A stretch of 64,000 bases of DNA, from the IMG/VR virus record IMGVR_UViG_3300020112_000604, positions 1-64,000 of that record. One strand, given 5' to 3'. The DNA is from a virus. Its lineage: Duplodnaviria; Caudoviricetes. Position 1 is the stretch's first letter. Every line of letters begins with the position of its first letter. The notes under the pieces are model-generated. The model had not been told where the DNA came from. It saw only the letters and a list, made by a program, of their open reading frames with translations, and ran no database searches. Shown one piece after another: positions 11,601 to 18,570 of this stretch. The position numbers and the translations under genes are program-made.

Positions 11601-13507
11601 GCCAGTATTCAGGTGATGGGGCTCATGACGAGCACTTGTTTGATACACTCAACGAATGGCAAATCTGTAATAGACATGGTGTTGATGCCGACCCATATAA
11701 TGACTATATCGGTAGTTGTTCAATAATCACTAGAACTGCAGCTGAAACCTTAACATTCTTACACGATACCAAAATACGTGCGTATATTGGTGGCAGAATG
11801 AACTTCTGGCTGAACTATGGCGACGATGATGCAAACCTAACAATTACTCCGTTCTACAACACCATAACAAACATGAAAGGTATTAATTATTCGTGGAGCT
11901 CCGAACGAACAGAATACGCGATTCCGCATATTCAGAGATGTTTTATTCCACTGAAAAACACGGCACATTGTACATGGAATCTTACAACCAAAGAACCAAC
12001 AATCAATGTACCGGCAGGTACAACTCCGGAAGAGTTTGTTAAGATTTGGACTGAGGCAAGAATCGATGCATTCAGATACGATTGCGTTACATTCAATTCA
12101 GACTACTGGGTAGACTGGCAGGTATTCGATATGTCCGCTGTGTATGATTGTGAGGACGCATTACTCGGTGTTTCATGGGTATATGAAGACCAGTTCGCGG
12201 AAGATGCTCAACAGGAAAAACGTGTGTTCTTCAAAAAGATAGTTCTAAAAACTCTCCCAACACACTACGATCCGGCAAATTCCAGCTCAGACACGACGGG
12301 GATTAACGATCTCAATAATAACATCGAAACACGTAATGTTATAAGATATTCTGAAGGAAGTAGACTCGACGGTGAGTATTGTCCATTACAGATATTATCA
12401 ACATGCATGTATTGTACACAGAGTTGGATTGTGCGATTGGCATTCACTTGTGATTTCCCATGGACAGAATATGTATGTGATTCACCGACATCAGCTATTA
12501 CCGTGTCGACGTTATCATATTATCTGTCGTCCGGTAAAACGGGATATGGTGATAACTACTATATAACCATGACTGACGAAATGTGGGATGATTTAGATCA
12601 CATTCATAAGTACATACCTCAGAACTATTCAAAAAATTACTTCCCATTAAACTGCATGCACATTCTTGTAAAAGAACTTACTATAACAAGCAATTGTAAA
12701 AAGCTGATTCTCGGAACAATATCAGGATTAATCCTTCCGAAACTCGAAATTGAAAATCTTGAAAAGATTTACATTCAGGATACAGCTTGGCTCGGAGGAT
12801 TTGTTGGTGAACGTATATCGTTACACAATGTAACACCATTATGGTCATCAGTACGTTCTCAGAAGAGGCTGTACAGTGAAGCAGCTAATATAAACGAGAC
12901 TCGAACATTCCAAAACTGGTTCAGTGTAGCGCAAAGTCTCAAAGAAATCGAGTTAATGTTTGATATGACAGATGTAACAGCATTCCTTACCGAAAGAGAT
13001 GCAACAGAATACCCTCGTGTTTCCGTATGGACACATTTATTCGCATTACAGGTACATGAAATAGACATTATCAAGACCAACATTCCGTGGAACCGCACAT
13101 CATTTGTGTTCCAATACAGTGCTATTCTTCCTAAAGTTGTAATGATACCATCGGCTAGCGGATTAGCGGTTTTGGGTGATCACATGTTCTACGGCTGCGA
13201 AGATGACGCGTTCAGCATTGATTGGCGTGACTTTGATGGAAACGCAATTGATGTACCTTCAGCTATAACTCAGACCTACGGATACGCATTCGCCGGAATG
13301 AAGTATGACTCAGCTCATGAGAATATGACATTCCCGAATATGACAATAGTTAAAAACGACTTTGATGACGCCAAGGGTCTTAAAGAAATCGTTTTACCAT
13401 CATGTACATCGGTTACTATGAATACAGCTGGTACAGTGGAACTCATCAAGGTTCCAACCGGTTGCACGGTTAATGTCCCATCAACAGTACTCGTTATATT
13501 CCTTTAA
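5693..13507 (+). CDS. Giant (2604 aa) protein with degenerate BspA-type LRRs, candidate adhesin or fibre
   Basis: LRR-like units (INLPNVKTIGEWAF, FVVPEHNTHFVIQDGYIYSSDMKILF, LKEIVLPSCTSV); Tyr/Asn/Thr-rich; C-terminus similar in pattern to the upstream LRR protein. Confidence 0.65.
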   Translation: MRLYGNLSHDNKIGNKHYFTIDIDVSTKPVFIEAAFLANYQYESGDTASVNNVDYELTATPAVDQLFNMNEVVTCCIDMKNKKLLVINTHKASFDAFYVFNKFDETDRTLGSTDSKVSMFAKEISIPKGLDGEDMTTDIKIGGSIYINSQFSYEPEYGTGPNEIGLQRFTSTSYQRWGVFVCNIDGIEHKIPFTVTHRNESAVFEKCFTIKTGNHSIKLDVWYSNYNSLTSNSLTSYFMGSNIVVMPSSNLEIIALAKSEDAPLEGWVIGTHDLELDEIKVPDLIPGTTIPIVGSIYGASDCSWSSITNDSYNVPRIRYWNPEWGTGTANDKKLTMQSLINKNSSYNYAFSSSTNMKNLRKITFGRNTQICVVDYNAYQYGNSSANLYSGLPILDFSKCKSIKVLGPQDSYYSYYGARYSEDIMANLTADEFGIYSEEISVSMDPAFALITSWRTLTNHYVGSVSLCAKDYSGIMEDRFVESWLDLNINGQTEKLAVFTPGSSPSHSTYNYHGYRSIRNLHVTSKNFIILPYLNNDILPNGNRLPNTDARFDEQWFNLSQKNPETCTDLYSVMTPNMFPKNVSSLYTNTAYVNINLTNASEDERIHVKYEFDGNLSLLGYNAYAYLYLFGVSRYNMYNTMSQYINPYIYVNHDITFKIHGSFYAINRNKSNAYYFTNTDCLLTNLNPLEGSTSPNRSVYRPYYGSSINKTRTSGDYWLYGIKGLYEWQPNNNSWTIYDMLYQLNDADHKRNIPMKIEIDGNFYLPNVYFYLSTTYRSSGSWDPYWNDYVNHPENVVLARVKGSWIGFPDLFAVNNRSTHRSYVGPNSSHVTSWSLNNTPYSEEIITNGIHGKNVNGDPIHPYEVHVDQNAVLTAGYVYFNYGNYNTIFFCDKIAGGLRNYCMGDGSRSYVAVNSFMMYPEYFHTTKNGTINFTGFADGAILGTQVLQDRVLPKELTIDFSNVSYIGTACVLACACSGNFVWPTAEQPAKWMSTQPVTGETIHWDYLELVYEAYQEAIANNEETFSVDENKYKEYIIIPSIDFNGEIVGSINGRILLRKYHGIPTETLDIDTWFDSTMNDLTHTIITADDEFFTNIYSVDGYDTSAYSNSGYFNENDDYKRTTYGNLTPEQFNDKFKTRIGTYTAYEYHGVTSNILAFKYAGKMVGDIEFPTYTIGECVKHLTSFAFLGLPVRCKTGDDANFQFKEINLPNVKTIGEWAFAFGVWRGEDDEVVSEGVVNYSVGTELVKKVTVGLDTWWIDYNPNVNEFVVPEHNTHFVIQDGYIYSSDMKILFRAVNNTTIRSYTAADGPVTIPPTIELIIDPTALAYDQRITKMEFTSASKLATGMRLMPPNLRSIVLPSDTSLAIDSLPSNCEFRIIDVGGTNSIYYQPVGGLASEVYSPTGPSAYQTSYLRKTYTGFASDYTTLTDLALPNLKSVDGKTYHTLADYGRIGNTTYAEHHFYESYSVLPTEGYDEARYALGNGGGSFYSGAIYAKSTEYCYTDNYNVIYFKPNTDGTPTRLNLDNRCSVYNCDRELDILGVNSSMAHPLWISGNIKQFAIVSTSGETTYTVSDDGKSLYYLGSLMHVVTNEPIDEYHITTHVWPGAFYGCTIEKLYIDITAPDITVDNPLGATDGSFTQRVPIPHEWYGLFKGAKINKLYFNYSDLTAITMPAYTKSTGTYALTERTAMATPLWKASKYEDAHINEIHIIGLTQEILDNDTLTLNPSIYGEGITWSILTGLCPVQVKYDPATDKYVYRDPVVYLDTEDVYFTKMNRNMGFGVKWHNAAEMFKNVKYACPGACPSEPINRHIIHGAKIDNNNYDLYYFWNGAFVFINGDRQNVSIKYARIGRDGLFISGNPTSLTLDKIGSGKWRFEDTWETIFYSNRAPYGWENADTVTTDQLYTQMRVNTIEKFDKLHFNLSEVEDGALEICRGSFSEGYETPINGDPSSPRTHHWPQHGYADVAIRICQYSGDGAHDEHLFDTLNEWQICNRHGVDADPYNDYIGSCSIITRTAAETLTFLHDTKIRAYIGGRMNFWLNYGDDDANLTITPFYNTITNMKGINYSWSSERTEYAIPHIQRCFIPLKNTAHCTWNLTTKEPTINVPAGTTPEEFVKIWTEARIDAFRYDCVTFNSDYWVDWQVFDMSAVYDCEDALLGVSWVYEDQFAEDAQQEKRVFFKKIVLKTLPTHYDPANSSSDTTGINDLNNNIETRNVIRYSEGSRLDGEYCPLQILSTCMYCTQSWIVRLAFTCDFPWTEYVCDSPTSAITVSTLSYYLSSGKTGYGDNYYITMTDEMWDDLDHIHKYIPQNYSKNYFPLNCMHILVKELTITSNCKKLILGTISGLILPKLEIENLEKIYIQDTAWLGGFVGERISLHNVTPLWSSVRSQKRLYSEAANINETRTFQNWFSVAQSLKEIELMFDMTDVTAFLTERDATEYPRVSVWTHLFALQVHEIDIIKTNIPWNRTSFVFQYSAILPKVVMIPSASGLAVLGDHMFYGCEDDAFSIDWRDFDGNAIDVPSAITQTYGYAFAGMKYDSAHENMTFPNMTIVKNDFDDAKGLKEIVLPSCTSVTMNTAGTVELIKVPTGCTVNVPSTVLVIFL

Positions 13508-13518
13508 TCAATTATTAT

Positions 13519-13554
13519 GAGGAAGAGCCAATTAGGTTCTTCCTCTTATATTTT
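13519..13554 (+). terminator. Intrinsic terminator
   Basis: GAGGAAGAGCC-AATTA-GGTTCTTCCTC followed by TTATATTTT. Confidence 0.7.
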
Positions 13555-13680
13555 GGGAAAGTCAAACATTTCAGTTGTATACTATTATAGTGATAAGGAA
13601 CAAGAAAGCATCGTCCTTATTACATAAAACAATAGCCTATGATGCAGGGCACATTAGTACTTAGGAGGTACATTACTATG
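13555..13680 (+). repeat. Conserved early promoter plus structured 5' leader, copy 1
   Basis: GGGAAAGTC...TTGTATACTATTATAGTG, hairpin with GCATC loop, GCCT-ATGATGCA-GGGC, then GTACTTAGGAGGTAC and ATG; same architecture at 20618 and 49512. Confidence 0.85.
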
Positions 13681-13884
13681 ACACTTTATAACCTTTATTC
13701 AAACGACAACTCATTCACTCAGGCTAATTATGAATTCGTTCACAAGATTGTGGACGAAGCACATACCACGACAGCGTGGTATGAAACCGACGCTAAGAGC
13801 CTCAGCGAAGTCGTAGCAGCTTTAGACGCTGCTGGTAAGGGTAACACCGTTGCTTGCAACAGACTTCGTGCAGCAATTAATTAA
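13678..13884 (+). CDS. Small early protein (68 aa), unknown function
   Basis: ATG 13678 follows AGGAGG in the conserved leader; the ORF-track start at 13639 lies inside the leader. Confidence 0.65.
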   Translation: MTLYNLYSNDNSFTQANYEFVHKIVDEAHTTTAWYETDAKSLSEVVAALDAAGKGNTVACNRLRAAIN

Positions 13885-13938
13885 TGACATTTTCACTTGA
13901 CATTTTTTAAATCCTCTTTTCTTTACTTTCCTCATTTC

Positions 13939-13972
13939 GAGGAGACGTCTATGACGTCTCCTTATTTTTTTT
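13939..13972 (+). terminator. Intrinsic terminator
   Basis: GGAGACGTC-TAT-GACGTCTCC followed by TTATTTTTTTT. Confidence 0.8.
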
Positions 13973-13989
13973 GTAAATCTTTACTCGCA

Positions 13990-14014
13990 TTTTAACTTAT
14001 ATATTATAAGGGTG
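13990..14014 (+). promoter_or_regulatory. Early (virion RNAP-type) promoter
   Basis: TTTTAACTTATATATTATAAGGGTG, with a TATATTAT core as in phiKZ/AR9 early promoters; followed by a 5' hairpin. Confidence 0.7.
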
Positions 14015-14058
14015 AATGACTAGTAAGTTATTCATCAAATATAATTAATAGAAAGGAA

Positions 14059-14574
14059 ATGATTATTATGCCTAATTGGTGCGAAGGAGAACTTCGTGTA
14101 AGAGGACCACTTCAGAATCTTTTAAACTTCTTTCAGTATGGACTGCGTTTAACAGACCATACGTACTGTACGAAACCATTCAAACTGTTTCCGGTAAGAA
14201 TCGACACATCATGTTTCGGACCGGATGATGAAATCTATATATCCATACGTGATACGTGTTGGGTTAAAGGTTCATCCAGAGCATTTGTCGACAACGACGA
14301 AATAACAATTTACAAGCACAAATTCGATCCTGAAACGGAACAGGACATCTACTATGCGACAATTCCTACGATACGGCAGGCATGGAGTTTCGAAGCTGAT
14401 ACATATCTCGAACTGGCACGAACGTTCGGGGTAGACATTAAGATTTGGGGCGCTATGTGCTATCAGGAATTTGAACAGGAAATCGTGATAGAGAAAGGAG
14501 AACTAATCCGAGACGAGGAACACGACTACGATGATTGGGTTTGGGAATCAAGATTCCCGACTAATGGTTATTGA
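14059..14574 (+). CDS. Phage protein of the MPNWC / DUF1281 (YubB ferredoxin-like) type
   Basis: N-terminal MPNWCEGELRVRG and later QAWS...LARTFGV pattern typical of this family. Confidence 0.5.
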   Translation: MIIMPNWCEGELRVRGPLQNLLNFFQYGLRLTDHTYCTKPFKLFPVRIDTSCFGPDDEIYISIRDTCWVKGSSRAFVDNDEITIYKHKFDPETEQDIYYATIPTIRQAWSFEADTYLELARTFGVDIKIWGAMCYQEFEQEIVIEKGELIRDEEHDYDDWVWESRFPTNGY

Positions 14575-14590
14575 TGAAAAGGAGAAAATT

Positions 14591-16768
14591 ATGAATCTTA
14601 CAAACTATGAAGAATATGGTGTATTTGAAGAATTTGCAAGAACAGGTTTTCAGAGAATATATCCGGCTAAGCTCACCAAGAAGAATATTGAGAAGTATCG
14701 AATCGGTCTTCTTAATGTATTCAAGGATGGTGTTGAGCAGAATGAAGTACATGACGGAAGAATAGAGTTATATTGGGAAGAAGATAAGAAGTGTAAATTA
14801 TCACTTCAGGATACATTCATCAATATAGTACTTTGGTCAATGCTGGTATCTCTTGATGCTAAGATTGAACCATACAATTTATTTTATAGTAAGAATGTCA
14901 CAGGCGGCGACATCAAGGATTACATCGATACAAACGTTGTAAACAAGTATATCGACAAGGTTGATATTCTGATTCTTAACAGAACCATTTATAATGGATA
15001 TAAACATCTTATGGATATCGATATCTTCGCTGAATATCTGGCAAACACATTCGACCTTTACGATTTCGTAGAGCTGGCCGAAAAGTGTCCAGAAGTAGCG
15101 GAGATGTTTGACAGAGACTACTCAGACATTCCGATTGAAGAAATCAATGACTTCGGTGATAAGATAAACGCAAGGTTTATGGAAATCATCGAAAAGGAAA
15201 GTAAGTTATTCATCGGAAGAGACCATTGTTGTGCAAATGCGATAAGAGCTAAGGCAGGACTTAGTCCACGTCAGTTTAAGGAGCTTTCAGTAAACATCGG
15301 AACAAAGCCTGACGGACGTGGTTCAATCTATCCACATATCATCAACACATCATTCATCAACAGAGGTCTCGATTCATACGAATCAATCTTTGTTGAGACT
15401 GCATCGGCAGGACGTTATGCTCAGATCATTGCAAAGGGTAACGTTGCATCTTCAGGTGCATTCGCTCGAATCCTTGGTCTGAATAATATGGATACATTCT
15501 TAAATGATGATCCGCATTATACATGTAATACAAAGAACTTCGTTCGTCTTACAGTAACTTCAAAGAAGATATTCAATATGATTATCGGACGTTACTATCG
15601 TTGGACAGAATGTGGTGATGATCATTGTATCAGGGAAAAGGATAGAGATGACCTTATGGGCAAGACTATCCTTTTGAGAGACCCAATGACTTGTCAGAGC
15701 AAGGCTATGGGTTGTGGTATCTGTTACAAGTGCTATGGTAAGCTTGCTTACAATAACTGCACAATCAATATCGGTAAGATTGCAGCTGAAATACTTTCGT
15801 CAATCCTGACACAGCGTCTTCTTTCAGCTAAGCATCTTCTTACAGCAAAGCCAATCAAGATTGTATTCGGAGACATGTTCGGAGACTTCTTCTGTAATGA
15901 AGAAATGATGATAACTGTAAATCCGGAAGCAATCACAAAACACGCATTTGTCAAGATTGACATGGATTCAATCGAGTCTTCATTATCTGATGATGACGTT
16001 GACAATGAAGAAGAGGCTGCACTTGACATGAACGAATTTGTTAACGAATTCATTCTTGAAGTTGACGGTGTAGAATATCCTATGCATTCAGAAGCATTCG
16101 ACCCGTTATATCTCACATCAGAGTTTACGGATATCCTTAACAGGACACGTCCAAACTACGATGGTGAAAAGACATATAAGGTCATAGCACTGAATGACCT
16201 TAACGGAATAGCATTATTCCAGTTACCTCTTGTAAACAACGAACTCGTTAAAGCACTTAACGATATCAAGCACATTATCAATCTTACAAAGGTAACTTCA
16301 TCACTCAGCAAGGACGAAATCTTACAGAAGTTCCTTGAAGCTATCGTTCAGGGTGGTCTGTCAATTCATTCATCACATGCATCGGTTATCATCAGTAATC
16401 AGATCAGAGACAAGAATGACATTCTTGAAACTCCAGACTGGTCTGTACCGAATCAGACAAACTATCAGATTCTGCCGCTCTCCGCATCATTAAACAATCA
16501 TCCATCGGTAACAATCAGTTTAATGTATCAGGGAATCTCAAGAATGCTGGTAACGCCAACAACCTTTAAGAAACACAAGTCATCACGTATGGATCTGTAT
16601 TTCATGCAGAAACCTCAGAAATTCCTCGCAGGTACAGATAACTACGTGCAGAAGACAGCAACCAATGAACATGTTAATCCACTCGGAGCACCTCATGGAG
16701 CCGATTGGAAGACAAGGGAACAGGCATATCGCAGATATCTTGAAAAGATGGCTGCGCGCGAAGACTAA
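14591..16768 (+). CDS. Multisubunit RNA polymerase beta' C-terminal subunit, probably non-virion RNAP (phiKZ gp74 / AR9 gp154 type)
   Basis: Bridge-helix-like AGRYAQIIAKGNVASSGAFARIL, zinc site RDPMTC...GICYKCYG and trigger-loop-like IGKIAAEILSSILTQRLLSAKH. There is no DxDGD motif, so the enzyme is split. The gene lies downstream of an early promoter; SD AAGGAG precedes ATG 14591. Confidence 0.88.
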   Translation: MNLTNYEEYGVFEEFARTGFQRIYPAKLTKKNIEKYRIGLLNVFKDGVEQNEVHDGRIELYWEEDKKCKLSLQDTFINIVLWSMLVSLDAKIEPYNLFYSKNVTGGDIKDYIDTNVVNKYIDKVDILILNRTIYNGYKHLMDIDIFAEYLANTFDLYDFVELAEKCPEVAEMFDRDYSDIPIEEINDFGDKINARFMEIIEKESKLFIGRDHCCANAIRAKAGLSPRQFKELSVNIGTKPDGRGSIYPHIINTSFINRGLDSYESIFVETASAGRYAQIIAKGNVASSGAFARILGLNNMDTFLNDDPHYTCNTKNFVRLTVTSKKIFNMIIGRYYRWTECGDDHCIREKDRDDLMGKTILLRDPMTCQSKAMGCGICYKCYGKLAYNNCTINIGKIAAEILSSILTQRLLSAKHLLTAKPIKIVFGDMFGDFFCNEEMMITVNPEAITKHAFVKIDMDSIESSLSDDDVDNEEEAALDMNEFVNEFILEVDGVEYPMHSEAFDPLYLTSEFTDILNRTRPNYDGEKTYKVIALNDLNGIALFQLPLVNNELVKALNDIKHIINLTKVTSSLSKDEILQKFLEAIVQGGLSIHSSHASVIISNQIRDKNDILETPDWSVPNQTNYQILPLSASLNNHPSVTISLMYQGISRMLVTPTTFKKHKSSRMDLYFMQKPQKFLAGTDNYVQKTATNEHVNPLGAPHGADWKTREQAYRRYLEKMAARED

Positions 16769-16777
16769 TATCTCCCC

Positions 16778-16811
16778 AAGGGAGCGGTTCAATCCGCTCC
16801 CTTATTTTTTT
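16778..16811 (+). terminator. Intrinsic terminator
   Basis: AAGGGAGCGG / CCGCTCCCTT stem followed by a T-run. Confidence 0.8.
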
Positions 16812-16822
16812 ATTGCAAGCTC

Positions 16823-16834
16823 AACTTTTCGATA
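16823..16834 (+). promoter_or_regulatory. Late/middle promoter
   Basis: AACT-TTTCGA-TA upstream of the helicase SD. Confidence 0.65.
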
Positions 16835-16853
16835 AATACTGAGGAGGGATACA

Positions 16854-18419
16854 ATGAATAAGATAGAAGTATGCTTTTCATACATCAAGATTAACGACTA
16901 TGACCAAGGAGATTGTCCGGCTTTAGAGAAACTATTCCGTATCTGGAATCAGGCTTATCATAGAGTCGAGTATCATCATATTAAATTTGATAAAGAACAC
17001 AGATGTTTATACCTGCCTAGAGGTATGGACGTATTCACTGTTGAACGTTGTTTACATGCTAAAGCATGGTTCAATAACGTTCCTAGCAGATACGAAACTA
17101 ATCCGCAAATCGGAATGAAGTTTCCGCCAAGAGATGAGAAACAGAATGAAACACTTAAGTTCCTTACTGGTGCAAACGAATATCGTGCTTATAAGAACTA
17201 TTCACAGTATCTTGTAGCATTATCACCGGGTGTCGGTAAGACGTATGTATCCACAGCGTATATTGCTATAACTGGTCTTAAGGCTATGGTTATATCATAT
17301 AATCTGTCTGACCAGTGGATGGAAAGAATCGGACAGTACACTGATATACTGCCACAGGAGATATACAATATTCAGGGTGGACCATCTATACAGTCTCTGT
17401 TTAAGAAGACACCTGAACAGCTGTCCAGATATAAAGTATATCTGGCAACACATGATACGCTCAAGTCATTAATGGACCGAGACCCAGACGGACTAGACAG
17501 GCTGTTCAATCATCTGGGTATTGGTATCAAGATATTCGATGAAGCACATAAACAGTTTGAATCTATGTGTGCTATCGACTACGCCACTAACGTCATGAAG
17601 ACTATATATCTCACGGCTACTCCTGTCAGAAATGATTCGCAGGAGAATGATATCTACATGACATATTTCAAAAACGTTCCGAAGATATCACTGTTTGATG
17701 ATGCGGACAAACACGTTAAGTATCTGGCATTAAAGTATTCATCTAATCCGTCGTTAAGAGACATGGATGATTGTATGAGTGCATACGGTTTTAATCGTAA
17801 CTCATATGCTAACTATGTAGTTACTAAGCCAGAGTTCTATCAGATGCTGTACATCATACTGGATATGATTAAGAAGATGCCGGGTAAGAAGCTGATGTAC
17901 TTAGCTTCCAATGACGCTATTCTTACTGTAGAACGGTGGATTAAGGCTGACCCTAGACTATGGTATTACCATGATAAGATTGGTATCTACACGTCTATCA
18001 ATAAGAACAAGCAAGCCGCATTAAAACAGGAATTAATCCTCACAACGAGCGGATCTGCAGGTGAGGGTCTAGATGTACCGGGACTTATCTGCGGAATCAA
18101 TTTAGCCGATCCTACCAAGTCTGAACCCCTTAATAGACAGCGTTTCGAGCGTGTTCGTGCAAAGGGATATTTCATAGATGTAGTTGACGAGGGCTTTAGA
18201 ACCCTTATAAACTACTACTATGCTAATCAGAAGATCTATGCTAACTTCGCGGTATCTACTAACCAGAGTACATATTCTCAGGCTAGATTAGATAAAGAAG
18301 AGGGTAAGATTAACCACAACAATCCTATACCAGGTCATGCATTATTCGGTGCATGTCAGAAATACAATCAAAGAGCTTATGAGGCATATCTCAGAAAGCG
18401 CGGAGTCACAGACAAATAA
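16854..18419 (+). CDS. Superfamily 2 (DEAH) helicase, UvsW / phiKZ gp75-like
   Basis: Walker A SPGVGKT, Walker B IFDEAH, motif III LTATP, motif V GEGLDVP, motif VI-like QRFERVR; follows the beta'C gene as in phiKZ. Confidence 0.88.
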   Translation: MNKIEVCFSYIKINDYDQGDCPALEKLFRIWNQAYHRVEYHHIKFDKEHRCLYLPRGMDVFTVERCLHAKAWFNNVPSRYETNPQIGMKFPPRDEKQNETLKFLTGANEYRAYKNYSQYLVALSPGVGKTYVSTAYIAITGLKAMVISYNLSDQWMERIGQYTDILPQEIYNIQGGPSIQSLFKKTPEQLSRYKVYLATHDTLKSLMDRDPDGLDRLFNHLGIGIKIFDEAHKQFESMCAIDYATNVMKTIYLTATPVRNDSQENDIYMTYFKNVPKISLFDDADKHVKYLALKYSSNPSLRDMDDCMSAYGFNRNSYANYVVTKPEFYQMLYIILDMIKKMPGKKLMYLASNDAILTVERWIKADPRLWYYHDKIGIYTSINKNKQAALKQELILTTSGSAGEGLDVPGLICGINLADPTKSEPLNRQRFERVRAKGYFIDVVDEGFRTLINYYYANQKIYANFAVSTNQSTYSQARLDKEEGKINHNNPIPGHALFGACQKYNQRAYEAYLRKRGVTDK

Positions 18420-18423
18420 TATT

Positions 18424-18457
18424 TCCGGGATGGTTATAAGCCATCCCGGAGTTTATT
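18424..18457 (+). terminator. Intrinsic terminator
   Basis: TCCGGGATGG / CCATCCCGGA stem followed by GTTTATT. Confidence 0.6.
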
Positions 18458-18463
18458 GTCGAA

Positions 18464-18489
18464 ATTTCATTTATATATTATTGTATTGA
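18464..18489 (+). promoter_or_regulatory. Early promoter
   Basis: ATTTCATTTATATATTATTGTATTGA; followed by a 5' hairpin (AGATGA...TCATCT). Confidence 0.7.
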
Positions 18490-18570
18490 ATCGGAGATGA
18501 TTTCGCGAGTCATCTTTGAAGAAACGATAAATCAAATCAATCGAAAGTATCGAAAGGAAAGGTATTAATT

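Noticed and set aside
3-13507. Diversity-generating retroelement acting on the LRR proteins
   Set aside because: No reverse transcriptase and no template/variable repeat pair differing at adenines were seen in the window.
13590-13675. Assigning the repeated leader to a known riboswitch or self-cleaving ribozyme (fluoride, c-di-GMP, preQ1, pistol, twister)
   Set aside because: I could not match the conserved nucleotides to any of these consensus patterns. It is left unassigned pending an Rfam search.
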